Positions 1 through 12,227 of a stretch of 64,000 nt of DNA are shown piece by piece. Position 1 is the stretch's first letter, and every line of letters starts with the position of its first letter. The translations under genes were made by a program, and so were the position numbers. The DNA comes from Octopus vulgaris (lineage: Eukaryota), in the NCBI GenBank assembly GCA_951406725.2, contig OX597821.1, positions 22,258,001 through 22,322,000 of the forward strand. The letters run 5' to 3'. A model generated the notes under the pieces. The model was not told where the DNA came from and searched no databases. It saw only the letters and a list, made by a program, of their open reading frames with translations.

Positions 1-568
1 TTCTCTTCCTACTAAACCTAGACAATTGCGGAGGGAAACAATGGCCGTGCTTATCTTTCTTACGCTTTTTTTATCGTTAGTTCTGCTCTATTTGTTCATT
101 TGTCTCCAATCTCACTGTCACTTCTTCAGTGACTTATTTTCTCACACATTAATTTCAAACTTTCAATCGTTTCATTGAATTGGTGACTGTATATACACGA
201 CACGATCGTATACAAGATAATTTTTAAAAAGTTTATTTAGTTAGTACAATAAATAGAATAATACAAAATTTAGTTATATATTACAGTAAAATATACCTAT
301 AGCAACAAATTCACAGTAAGGTTTGCTTGAGTTATTGCCTAAGTTGTTACCAAGTCTTCCTTCAATTATGTTGGTACTTCTGGCTCTCATTTTTTAAGTA
401 TTCTAGTGTGTCAATATTTTAACAAAATGGTGGTATCTTTTTTTAATAATAATGTTACTTTGTAAATTAAAATCAACCAGACGGGATACAGACACAGAAG
501 GCCCCTAATTCTTCATCAGTTATCAACCAAAATGGTAATACTCAGTTTTGCACCATTAATGAGAACTT

Positions 569-991
569 CCAATCTGTGGTAAATCATTCTCTCGTAATAT
601 TCATTTGGTTACTCACATTCGCCTTCATACTGGTGAGAAACCTTATCATTGTGAGATCTGTGGTGAGTCATTTTCTCAAAGGCATCAGTTGAATAGACAC
701 ACGCATACACATGCAGTAGAGAAGCCATAACCTTGCATTAGTTGTTGTAATTCATTTTTTGGAAATGGTGTTGTAACTACACACGAAAATGTTCATACCA
801 GACACAACCTATGTAATGGTAGTGTCTGTGTTAAAGCATTCTCTCATAGACCTAACTTAACTGTCCATGAACGAATCCCTACATGAGAGTAGCCATGTCA
901 GTGTGACAAGTGTGGCAAATGATTGTCTCGAAAAAGCCACATGCATAAACATGTGGGTATTCACAGAGACTTGTTACTGTCTCAATGTTAA
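569..991 (+). pseudogene. Degenerate C2H2 zinc-finger array (about 5 fingers)
   Basis: Manual translation from 569: [53 protein letters not shown]...KAFSHRPNLTVHERIPT*E*PCQCDKCGK*LSRKSHMHKHVGIH. Canonical HTGEKPY linker and CxxC/HxxxH motifs, four in-frame stops (first TAA at 728-730). Missed by the ORF track. Confidence 0.9.
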
Positions 992-1430
992 AATTTATTA
1001 AGTCATAACAATAATTAACACTATTTGGTCTGCTAAAACACAGGCTTTTTTCCTTTCATCAGTTATAGGAATTTCTTAATAAAGAATAATGAATAAAATA
1101 TCTATTTTGTGCTTGTTGCCAGCGAAAGTTGCGGAAAATATAGGGCCGAGAGCAAACAAAACATAGATAACAAGCAATACAGAGTGAACATATGAAAGTG
1201 AATAAATGTAATTTAAGACGATGGACAAATACGAAATAAAGACGAAACGAGCAAAATATAGTCTCAGGGCCAAAAAGACAAGAAAGGTGGGTAACGCTTA
1301 GAAGACATCCTAAAGGATTAGAAAACAATAAATTGCAAGACATGTGCCAGTGGGACACAGGCAATTTGAGACCGGTCAGCAACGTGACCGGTGTGAAGAA
1401 ATAGTTAGCGACTGGGTGGCCAGGGATATA

Positions 1431-1854
1431 CTCTCTTTTTACTCTTTTACTTGTTTCAGTCATATGATTGCGGCCATGCTGGAGCACCGCCTTTAATCGA
1501 GCAACTCGACCCCGGGACTTATTCTTTTGTAAGCCCAGTACTTTATTCTATAGGTCTCTTTGGCCGAACCGCTACGTAACGGGGACATAAACACACCAGC
1601 ATCGGTTGTCAAGCAATGCTAGGGGGACAAACACAGACACACAAACATATACACACATACTTATATATATATATATATATATACATATATACGACGGACT
1701 TCTTTCAGTTTCCGTCTACCAAATCCACTCACAAGGCTTTGGTCTGCCCGAGGCTATAGTAGAAGACACTTGCCCAAACTGCCACGCAGTGGGACTGAAC
1801 CCGAAACCATGTGGTTGGTAAACAAGCTACATACCACACAACCACTCCTGCTCC
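1431..1854 (-). mobile_element. SINE family A (tRNA-derived head, CORE-like segment, internal (TA)n(TG)n, (GTAAAAGA)n tail), full length
   Basis: Reverse complement of the copies at 13368, 23733, 34418 and 43216. Head GG(C/A)GCAGGAGTGG(C/T)TGTGTGGTA with B-box-like GGTTCAGTCCC; TTGGGCAAGTGTCTT CORE-like motif. Confidence 0.92.
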
Positions 1855-2247
1855 TATAGAAGTAAACTCAACAAAAAAATGTACTTCATTCAGGGAGAGA
1901 TAAATATCAATTTAAACGCACAACTGAAAGATTGCTTTAAGATACATGGCGTACTTTATAAATATGCCTGTTCAAGCATCATAAAAGCATGAAACTATTT
2001 CGGTTGTGTATTTAATTTCATATAAATACAAACACTCACATACACAGGTATGTATAGATATGAGTGTGTGTTACAGAAACACATACATACGTACCAGGCA
2101 CACACACACACACATACTTGCTTTGGTATATACATGTGTGTGTGTATATGTGTCTACGCCTATATCTATGCATTTGTATATACTACACGTCTATATGTGT
2201 GCCTATCCACACACTCGCACATTCTCACACACACACACACACACTTA

Positions 2248-2278
<31 letters not shown>

Positions 2279-2436
2279 TGTATGTATGTATGTATGGACA
2301 TCTTTCCTTTTTCGGCTTGAAAAATATTTCAAATTTCTTTTCTCATTTTTATTCGTTTGTAAATTACTTCATAAATCTTTCCTTTCTCTACTCAATATAA
2401 GTCATCGATATGTATATATGGATGCATGGAGTTTTT

Positions 2437-2508
<72 letters not shown>

Positions 2509-2764
2509 TGTATGTATATGACCTACTGTAATATTTGATGTCTGGGAAGCCTGTGTTTTATGTGTTATTAAAATGGCTGATGTGTTAAACAAATTGTCTG
2601 CTAAACTTGTATGAAAAAATATTTTCATATCCTCTCATATATATTTTCATTTTAATTATTTTCTGTTATAAAGTTACAATGGCGCCTTCCGTGACGGGAG
2701 CCAATGCTAAACGGTTGGAGAGACTTATTGTGTGTACGTGTGTGTGCGTGTCTGTCTGTGTGTA

Positions 2765-2800
<36 letters not shown>

Positions 2801-2958
2801 CGTGTGCTTGATTGAGTAGTTAATAGTTTATTGTGTGGACTCAGGGTTTGTGAACACAGGGAGAGATGAAGAACTAAAGGATGGACTGCGAGTTGAGATC
2901 GATGGCGGGATAAAGGGGTGTAATACTGATAAAATAGATTATTAAGGAAACACCTAGC

Positions 2959-3065
<107 letters not shown>

Positions 3066-4060
3066 GACCACCAATACAGCCCCAAAACAGCTGGACTCTC
3101 TTATCCCAGAGAAGACCTAGATGGAAAGTACTCAGCATGCAAAACAAAAGTCCATGCATAGGTATGTTGCTCGGAAGCTTGAAGAAGACTGTAGAATTGA
3201 CACGAAGCGCAGACTCTCTTGGACACAAGACCACTACATCATATCACACTTTAAAGGCTATGCGTTTGCAATCTAGGAACAGGAGATTGCCACAAAGTAC
3301 CTGGTGAACAAGAGAGACAGTGACGCTCTTGTAATCCCAAGGTGCAACTGCATGTGTAGGCCATGTCATGTTTCTGTGGAAGGCATTACGCATGTGATTT
3401 GCAGCAGTCCAAAAATGTCGTCAAGGTACTACCTCCCTATGCGGCACGATGTTGCCAAAACAATTTACAATGCCATCCACAAAAAAGACTGTCCTGAAAT
3501 AAACTTAGAAAACCACTCTGTTATGGAATACATTCATAAACACCAACTCAAGGAATACTGGTGAAATATTCCCATCAAAACTTCTCTCAAATGTAAACAT
3601 AAAAGGCCGGATGTTGTCGTTTGGGACGGAGGGGCAAAGGTATGTACCATCATAGAATTCTGCTGCCCTGCAGATATAAATACCTCTTTGAAAATCAAAG
3701 AAGAAGAGGATATCTATGGACAACTGCTTCGAAACCTTCATCTTCTATATCCAGACTATGAATTCATATTCATACCAATAATAATTGGAGCATTAGGTTT
3801 TGTTAGTAAATGCTTAAAGGAGAATCTGGATAAACTGGGATTTTCAGAAAGAGAAATCGGCCGGCTAATTCGTACATGACAAGTCCAGTCTGTGAGTGGA
3901 ACAGTAAAAATACGCAAGACTTTTCTCAAGTTCCAAATGTGAATTTGTGTGTGTTAACTACATCCCAAAGATGAAGCGATATATCTTTGTTAGAAACCCG
4001 CTTCCAACTCAATGGAAGATTTATAATAATTAAATGATAGAAAACACATGCATACATAGA
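3066..4060 (+). mobile_element. 5'-truncated R4/Dong-type non-LTR retrotransposon (zinc-knuckle relic plus restriction-like endonuclease), pseudogenised
   Basis: Translation: KSMHRY..SHFKGYAFAI*EQEIATKYL..CRPCHVSVEGITHVICSSPKMSSRYYLPMRHD..KHKRPDVVVWD..IIEFCCP..IPIIIGALG..VSGTVKIRKTFLKFQM* (stop 3940-3942). Abuts (GATA)n at its 5' end. Confidence 0.88.
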
Positions 4061-4076
4061 TGTTAGGTATATATAT

Positions 4077-4115
<39 letters not shown>

Positions 4116-4284
4116 GTAAGAAATAAATTGATCTTCGTGAATGGGCCGTACCCAAAATATCAATTCACGTAATCCCACAACACACGAACCAATGAAAATT
4201 TGCTGATTCTTGATTTACCGAACACAGTTTAGAAATTTACCTTAGAAATTTATCAAGTTTTGATCTCACCTTCCTTCTCTTCTT

Positions 4285-4364
<80 letters not shown>

Positions 4365-4429
4365 AAGGATGGAAATTTACAAGATTTATTAATGTATCAC
4401 GACATATGTTTCTGTTTCCTACATGTTTA

Positions 4430-5139
4430 TTGGAGAGAACCATTTCATATTGTTGGGTACCAGGATAGAATTGTGAACTGATGTATTGTCCTGGTACGTG
4501 TAGAAGTGATCTGGCCTTTTGCGAAGAAATCGCTTCCTGAATTCCTTCAAAACCTTCACAAAGTACTCTTTGTTGAAGGGAACCCAGTAGACGATACTCT
4601 TGCTCTCGAAAAAGGAGCTCATCATGTGCTTTCCGGTGAACTTGCTTTGCGTGGCCTTCTCGGGTGTAGGGGAGTTAGGATGCTTCCATTGTGTCCTCCG
4701 TCTTTTGGCCACTGATCCAGCAGTAGATCCAGCTTTCGTCACAAATTACCAGAGTCTCAAGTACTCTTGGAGTAGAGATAATGAGCTCAGCCATCTCCCC
4801 AGTCACCAAACGACACGTTTTTTTTCTTCTGCTCGTCAGTGAGCACCCTCGGAGCAAATGCCACACGAACTCCAAACAGTATTCTTATTGTATTTTAAAC
4901 ATATTCATCCAGAAAACTGCGAATTTTCTCAACTGGCTCTGATGTTCTGAAGTCCCTTACTTTCTCACACTTCTCGTTACCTCTCATCTCCGCTCTGCCG
5001 TCCTTCAACTTCATGCGCAAGTGAAGAACAGTTGCTTAGCCCATACAGGTTAATCCATAATGTCTGGATAATTTCATAAGGTTCTGCTGCATAATTTGTC
5101 CAGTTTAGCACAAAACCTTATTACGTAGCGAGTTTCCAT
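4430..5139 (-). mobile_element. Degenerate mariner transposase
   Basis: Fragments METRYVIRFCAKL (ATG at 5139), LETLVICDESWIY, QWKHPNSPTPEKA, HMMSSFFESKSIVY, YQDNTSVHNS; multiple frameshifts. Confidence 0.85.
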
Positions 5140-5346
5140 ACGGTCTTCTCCCTACTGCATTCCGAAAACTAATCAGTTGTGACAAGCAGTGTTTAGGAGG
5201 CTGAGTTCAAAGTACTGTCAGAGCTGTGTTCTTCAATGTGGAATTTTTTAAAAAAATAGTTTATAGGTCAGCTTATGAGATTTATAGTAATGCTGTACAG
5301 AAATTACCATAATCAAGTCACAAAACTTCTGGAATGCTCATCATCA

Positions 5347-5451
<105 letters not shown>

Positions 5452-5512
5452 AAAAGAAAATGGAGATTGCAAAGTTAATAACTGCTTATTATTAACAGCA
5501 AATTAGCCATCA

Positions 5513-5598
5513 TCCCTTACAGCTTCTTCAATCAATATTCAGAAAATATTTATTAAATATTAAATTTATATGACCTGAGTATAATATCTTCAGAGGGA
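5513..5598 (-). ncRNA. Degenerate type-I hammerhead ribozyme fold in a Penelope-type repeat
   Basis: Reverse complement: TCCCT-CTGAAGA-[long helix II]-GAAG-AAGCTG-TA-AGGGA. 5-bp helix I; GAAA mutated to GAAG. Confidence 0.5.
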
Positions 5599-5667
5599 AA
5601 AATATATACCCTTGTATGTTTTATATGTACTTATAGATTCATTATAGCCGGCTGAACAAGCTTAAAA

Positions 5668-5733
<66 letters not shown>

Positions 5734-5737
5734 AACA

Positions 5738-5930
5738 CGTGACCCGTTGACGATTTCTTCTTCTCCTTCTTTGGACTTTTCCCTTTCTCCATTCCGACGA
5801 AGAGCTATGCTCGAAAAGTTAAGCCTTCTCCTTTCACCGAACGTCAAGCTAATATACTTCTTGTGCACATTCTTTGTTCTTTTCCGTTTTTTAACCATTT
5901 ATTTGAGCTGTTTGTTTATTTGAATTGACT

Positions 5931-5932
<2 letters not shown>
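5738..5932 (+). mobile_element. Short TA-flanked Penelope-type terminal-repeat element with a minimal hammerhead-like motif (5791-5825)
   Basis: Homologous to 23096-23310; contains CCGACGA-A-GAGC-tat-GCTC-GAAA-AG-TT. Confidence 0.6.
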
Positions 5933-5984
<52 letters not shown>

Positions 5985-6205
5985 CATGGAGGGTGTGTCT
6001 GCATGACTTTTGCCTGTTAAAAAAAACTTCCTGGTTGCGTCGCACATACATTTAATTCACTTTCCACGAGTTTGGCACAGCTAGATAAATATTATATACA
6101 ACAATTGTCGCGGGAAATAGACTGGTTTGATATCTAGTGATAGTTTTTGAGTGAATATAAAGCATTCACAAGCTGAAATAAATTGAACTCAACGCAGTGA
6201 AAAGG

Positions 6206-6249
6206 AAAAGTCTAACGTTTTGATTTAAAATCTTTCGTCGAAGATTTTT
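6206..6249 (-). ncRNA. Degenerate minimal hammerhead-like motif
   Basis: Reverse complement: AAAAATCT-TCGACGA-AA-GATTT-T-AAATC-AAAA-CG-TT-AGACTTTT. Same architecture as 23165-23199 with core mutations. Confidence 0.35.
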
Positions 6250-6607
6250 CTCACCGTCATGCATTTGAAGCACGTATGTATAATGTTGTCTAATACACAC
6301 TCACACGAACAAAATCACACTCATTCATGTGTACGTATGTAAATGCATATATGCACACGTATTATACAAATAAACACAGACACACACACATAGATGTGTG
6401 TCTGTGGATATGCATATATACAAATATAGGAATATATATATATATGTTAATATATATAGAATTTAGAGACAAACCGCTATTTAGTTATTCAATCAATACT
6501 GAGAGGATATTTTATCTATAATAGCCACATAGAAATTAACTAAATATATTATAATTAAAATATATATATATATATATATATATTATACATATGTATCATA
6601 TAGTGTG

Positions 6608-6663
<56 letters not shown>

Positions 6664-6667
<4 letters not shown>

Positions 6668-6860
6668 CGAGCAAAACGCCCCTCCAATGGACGATGGTGA
6701 GTTGTCAAACAGTTAAGCCAATTTTTTTTCAAAACTTATACACGCCCTGATACCGTCGGTATCTACATATCAAATTTGAGCGCAATCGGATGGAGGATGC
6801 CCGAGATCTTAGAAGCCACACACACACACACAGACTGAACGGATATTATATAATAGATGT
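6664..6860 (+). mobile_element. Helentron/HINE-like non-autonomous element, 3' part
   Basis: AAATTTGAGCGCAATCGG segment, short (CA)n, and a terminal TATTATATAATAGAT; the same end architecture occurs at 49204-49603. Confidence 0.5.
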
Positions 6861-7143
6861 ATATATATATGTATATATATATATATATATGCATATATGT
6901 ATAAGTATATATATATATATATGTATGTATATGTATATAAATATATGTATATATATATATATATGTGTGTGTGTATATACATATGTATATACGTATAAGT
7001 ATGAATATATATATATGTATATACATATATATATACATTATATACATATATATATGTATATATATATGTATATATGTATATGCATATATATATATGTATG
7101 TATATATATATATACGTATATATATATATATATATGTATGTAT

Positions 7144-7218
<75 letters not shown>

Positions 7219-7308
7219 TAAAATATAAAATATAAAGTTATATCTTGAGTGACAGCAACGCTCAAGATATACAACGGACTGGTAATAGAAGTGCTCTAAT
7301 GAGCTGTA

Positions 7309-7983
7309 TACACTTTTTTTATCCGAAGGGAGGCAATGCGAGCAACAACTAAAGGAACATTACAAAATCCACAGAAAGATCAAATATATTCATATATTCA
7401 TTAATATCTATAAAGCCCGACGTTCAAAATTTTTAAAATTTAGTAATATATAAATATATCATATAAAAATATAAATTTTGCATATAACACCTTGAATTTA
7501 CGCTTAAAACATTAAGTATAAATTTGTTACAATAAAAGAAATAAAAATAATAAATAAAAAATAAAGCGTACAATGACATAATAAAAGACGAATTAAAATT
7601 CTAGAGAAATGTACATAGAAGATAATAATTATGCAAGTTTACAAAAATACAAGTTTACAAAGATACATAGAAGTCCATCTACGGGCTGTTTCGGAAACGC
7701 GCCAATTAATATGAGACGTGTCATATATTTCAAATTGACACTCCCCTCGTCAGGATGTCCTATACGCACAACACATAGTATACGGGAACAAATGCACAAT
7801 TACATACCGGCTATATTCAAAAACGAGACATTGCGTACTCCCAGAAATTCTTATCCTATTTTAAAGGTCGGGCTTTATAGATATGAATGAATATATGAAT
7901 ATCTGTATGTTTTTGATCTTTCTGTGGATTTTGTAACGTTCCTTTAGTTGTCGCTCGCATTGTCTTCCCTCGGATAAAAAAAG

Positions 7984-7990
<7 letters not shown>
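7309..7990. mobile_element. Penelope-type element with ~125-bp inverted terminal arms and an internal hammerhead
   Basis: 7314-7435 is the reverse complement (with mismatches and one indel) of 7860-7985; hammerhead at 7676-7757 in the spacer; (TA)n flank on the right. Confidence 0.7.
7676..7757 (-). ncRNA. Type-I hammerhead ribozyme candidate (intact core)
   Basis: Reverse complement: CATC-CTGACGA-GGGGAGTGTCAATT...AATTGGCGCGTTTCC-GAAA-CAGCCCG-TA-GATG. Helix I CATC/GATG, ~14-bp helix II, GUA cleavage triplet. Confidence 0.72.
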
Positions 7991-8024
<34 letters not shown>

Positions 8025-8259
8025 ATATATATATATATATACAAAATAAGAAAATGGAGAAATACATCTAAATCAAATATCAATTACCAGATAATACTCA
8101 ATCACATACTTTATTAAACCACCACATAAGAGACTGTAGGGTTAAATATAAAAAGCAGAACAAATCAGTGTACATAAAGGAATGTACATAAAAAAGTGTA
8201 CATAAAAGAGTAATGTTGTATAATAAGTAGAATATATATAAAAGAGAACATAAATATAA

Positions 8260-8367
<108 letters not shown>

Positions 8368-8369
8368 GT

Positions 8370-8750
8370 GGAGGCGCAATGGCCCAGTGGTTAGGGCAGC
8401 GGAATCACGGTCGTAGGATCGCGGTTTCGATTACCAGACCGGGCGTTGTGAGTGTTTATTAAGCGAAAACACCTAAAAGCTCCACGAGGCTCCGGCAGGG
8501 GATGGTGGTGATCCCTGCTGTACTCTTTCACCACAACTTTCTCTCACTCTTACTTCCTGTTTCTGTTGTACCTGTATTTCAAAGGGCCGGCCTTGTCACT
8601 CTCTGTGTCACGCTGAATATCACCGAGAACTACGTTAAAGGTACACGTGTCTGTGGAGTGTTCAGCCACTTACACGTTAATTTCACGAGCAGGCTGTTCC
8701 GTTGATCGGATCAACCGGAACCCTCGTCGTCGTAACCGACGGAGTGCTTC
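8370..8750 (+). mobile_element. SINE family C (tRNA-derived head), tail type 1
   Basis: A-box TGGCCCAGTGG, B-box GGTTTCGATT; body GCGAAAACACCTAAAAGCTCCACGAGGCTCCGGCAGGGG shared with 20889, 41348, 49668 and 57938. Confidence 0.9.
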
Positions 8751-9065
8751 CCCCCCCCCCAATGTATGTATGTATATGTGTGTGTATTCTAAGCGCATAT
8801 ATATATATATACACTCGAAATGTCTGTTATTGTCAATGTATTTGAATACTTTTATAAGTTTGTTGTTGTCAAGTCCACAAATGAATGAATGAATTAATTA
8901 ATTAATTAATTAAAGCCACTTAATTCGCTGACGTGTGTAATGACGCCTCGGTCTCGCGTATGCAATATAAGGAGTTGTAACAGTTCGACTCACTGCTAGT
9001 TTTCATACAAAGAATACTCAAAAATTCTCTCGTATATGACTTAAAAATCCCAAAACATGACCATC

Positions 9066-9240
9066 GGGCGTTGCTGTGTGGTAACAAATTCGCTTTCTAG
9101 CCACGCCTTTCTGGATTCAGTCCTACTGCTGGACATTTTGGGCAAACAATTTCTATTATAGCCTCAGGCGAGCAAATTCTTGTGAGTGGATTTGATAGAT
9201 GAAGACTGAAAGAAATTCAACATATGTGTGTGTTGCGTGT
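9066..9240 (+). mobile_element. Old degenerate SINE A, 5' half
   Basis: GCTGTGTGGTAA..GGATTCAGTCCTACTG..TTGGGCAAA..GTGAGTGGATTTGATAGA. Confidence 0.7.
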
Positions 9241-9265
9241 ATGAGCGCACACATCCTTTATATAT

Positions 9266-9489
9266 ATTTCTTTACTACCCACAAGGGGCTAAACACAGAG
9301 AGGACAAACAAGGACAGACAAAGGGATTAAGTCCATTACATCGATCCCAGTGCGCAACTGGTACTTAATTTATCGACCCCGAAAGGATGAAAGGCAAAGT
9401 CGACCTCGGCGGAATTTGAAACGTAACGGCAGACGAAATATGTCTACGCATTTCGCCCGGCGTGCTAACGTTTCTGCCAGCTCGCCGCC
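9266..9489 (-). mobile_element. SINE family B, long Tx1-type tail (B1), full length
   Basis: Head GGCGGCGAGCTGGCAGAAACGTTAGCAC, central GCCTTTCATCCTTTCGGGGTCGATAAA.TAAGTACCAG (resembles Nin/Deu-type SINE domains), tail GCCCCTTGTGGGTAGTAAAGAAATA. ATCCTTTATATAT is repeated on both sides (possible TSD). Confidence 0.9.
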
Positions 9490-9506
9490 TTGATATATAT
9501 ATCCTT

Positions 9507-9578
<72 letters not shown>

Positions 9579-9769
9579 TGTATGTGTGTGTGTGTATGAG
9601 CGCGCGCGCGCTTGTTAACTTGTGTTGGTTGGGTTTGTATCCCCATACATTAGCGGTTCGACAAAGAGCGCGATAGTATGTCTGTACTTGAATGTGAGTT
9701 TGCCGCTCCTTTTGGTTCAAAGTATCTTTGTTGCAGCATATTTGCGCACGGAGACTGATGACTGAGGGT

Positions 9770-11510
9770 TTGGAATTTTCCTGCATTAAATTGCTTGTTT
9801 TTTCTCTTCTTTTTTTTCAGCCCATTTATATAAAGCATCTTGCTTCAAAAAGATCCTTGATTGCTTGTCCTAATTTTTTGTCGTCGGCATACCCAGTAAG
9901 TATGGCTGTGTGTAGCATGTCCGAAAGTGCTACCATAAACAGCAGCGGCCGCAAGACCATTCCCTGAGGCACTCCACTCGTCGTTACTGTCTCCATGGAG
10001 AAGGTTCCATTGGCTTCTGTCTCTGAAGAAGCCGTGTAACCAGTCTTCCAGTTTTCCGCCTATGCCGAGTCTCCGTAGCTTGCAACATATCATCCCGCAG
10101 TCAACCTTATCAAAGGCCTTTGCCAAATAACATCCACATTTGAGCTATTCATTAGTTTTTACGACAGCCAGTCGTAACGCTGCAGACGTTATGTAAAGCA
10201 ACTTCTTCCGGAGCGGAAGCCATGCCAGGTTCCAGGAGACAAGTCGTTATTTAATAAGAACGTGACCAGATGTCTCCTGACAATACGTTCCATGACTTTG
10301 CTGATATGTCAGATTAGAGAGACAGGCCTGTAATTTTTAGCCTCCGACCTACTACCTCCTTTATGAATAGGACATATTGTGCCTTCCTTTAACTCTCTGA
10401 GAAGTCTCCCAATTGCAAGGAAACTTTGAAAGAGGATCTGCAGTGTTCTTGCCAAAACCCCTTTGCATTTCTTTGGAAGATTTCTGGGAATACATGCTCA
10501 TTTCATCAATGGCTGATATTTCATCTGTTTCCTCTATTTCAATGTAATCAATAACAGCTATCACTTTGTGTAGAGCTCTTGTGTCGAAGAACTTCTCCGG
10601 CATAGCTATTTGCAAGTGTCTTAGAGCGTTTTTATAGGCAGCTAAAAGCCGCGATTTGTGCTGCTGAACCCCACCGTTGGTCGGAATTCCTTCCTATTGT
10701 TCTACTGGGCTGTCCTTCAGCCATCAAAGCAGATTTGGGATACTCTTCTGCTGAACTCTTATATGGTACCACTTTGGCACAACCTGGCCAAATGTTAGCA
10801 CATTTTGTTTTGCACATTCAGTGTTTCAATTATCCTCTGGAGGTTTGCAATCACCAAGCCATTAACAGTGGCTCTATCTTGTACCGTACTGAAGCAGACT
10901 CTTTTGCAATTCTATAGAAGGTTTTACGTTTAGCCTTTACATTTTTGATAGCTCTGGCTTCTTTCTCTGCTCTCTCCTCTTCATAGGGGTGTTTCAGTTC
11001 ATTCCCATTCTCAAGTGATGTTTGTTTGTTTGAGATAGGATTCTTCACTGTTCTTTACTGGTTCATTTAGACGGTTTGAGATATTTTTGCTGGTCGTCTC
11101 ATTAGAATCTTCTACTCCCTGAGAATTATACTTTTCTGTCGATTTAGCATTCTCTCTCGAGCAAACTTACTGTATTTGTCACGCATGATGCTCATAAAGT
11201 GTTGTACCTTTATGTCAATATCTTACGTAAAGATACTGGTTGACCAGTTTTGTTTCATGGCCTTTTTCTCAATACCCTTCCAACCAGCTTTATGAATGTT
11301 CAGGATGGAGAGGAGTTGGATGCTTCTATTAGTCTGCATGTCTGCAGTTTTCTGCTGACCATATCTTGTTAGTTTTATTAAATTATAGTCCGAGAAAAAT
11401 GGTTGGTGTCACCTTAACATTATGGACGAGCGTCGTGTTATTTCAGAATCAGAGGTCCAGAACATTTCTACTCCTTGTTGGGTGGAGAACCAGTTGCTCC
11501 ATGAAGAGCG
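9770..11510 (-). mobile_element. Degenerate CR1/L2-group LINE ORF2 (endonuclease linker to reverse transcriptase)
   Basis: RT motifs AKAFDKVD, SGVPQG, GYADD and NYRPVSLI; linker EEERAEKEARAIKNVKAKRKTFYRIAK. Many stops and frameshifts. Confidence 0.88.
10624..10800 (+). mobile_element. Gypsy-type integrase fragment embedded antisense in the LINE
   Basis: ERFYRQLKAAICAAEPHRWSEFLPIVLLGCPSAIKADLGYSSAELLYGTTLAQPGQML matches the ERFHRQLK..W..LP.VLLG.R...K.D...S.AELVYG..L.LPG pattern. Confidence 0.85.
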
Positions 11511-11727
11511 TGCTGTACATTAGCTCAATTTCTTCATCAAATCGACTTCATCAAATCGACTGTACAGGTGTCACGGTGTGCCACACGTCAGATGTCGAAG
11601 AGATCGCAGAGTAACGTGAGGTGAAGTGCTTTTCTCGAGAACACAACGCATAACCCGGTCTTGGAATCGAAACCCCGATCTCACGATCATGACTGCAACA
11701 CGCTAAACACAAAGCCACGCGCCTTCG
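11510..11727 (-). mobile_element. SINE family E (tRNA head, CORE-like), 3'-truncated
   Basis: Reverse complement GAAGGCGCGTGGC..GGTTTCGATTCC..; homologous to 15738-16048. Confidence 0.7.
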
Positions 11728-12001
11728 CATATTAACAACGTTATAAGCACCGACGTTATTGTTCACAATTTATATTGTGTAACTAAAATGAGTTTGACAT
11801 TCTTCTGAAAAGAGGTCATTAGGAAGAGTTCTCTCCCTTAGCTATGCGGGAAATGGAGATTGATTTTAGGAATTTATGACGCCATTTTGGTACCTGTTTA
11901 AGTCCCTTTCACTCCACTTCATTGGTTTTTGTTTGTTTGTTTTTGTTCTGGAAAAGGCTGGTGGTGCTGGTGGTGCTGGTGGTGGTCTGTCTGGAGCTGG
12001 G

Positions 12002-12190
12002 TATATTATCCGAAGTATACAGTATCATACATCCCTCACAGCCGATCTTACCAACTGGTTTCGCTCTAGGGGTACAACGGAGTGTTATAGGGTTATATAA
12101 TCGGATTGTTACCTAACACTCCGTTGTACCCTCAGCGCGAACCTGATTAGTAAGTCGCCCGTGATGGATATATAATGCTGTACACTTCGG

Positions 12191-12200
<10 letters not shown>
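12002..12200. repeat. ~200-bp imperfect palindrome (hairpin element) next to (TA)n
   Basis: TATATTATCCGAAGT..GGGTACAACGGAGTGTTA pairs with TAACACTCCGTTGTACCC..ACTTCGGATAATATA; loop about 20 nt. Confidence 0.9.

Positions 12201-12227
<27 letters not shown>

Noticed and set aside
8370-8445. tRNA gene calls at SINE heads (also 49668, 57938)
   Set aside because: Cloverleaf is incomplete and continues into a repeat body; these are SINE promoters.
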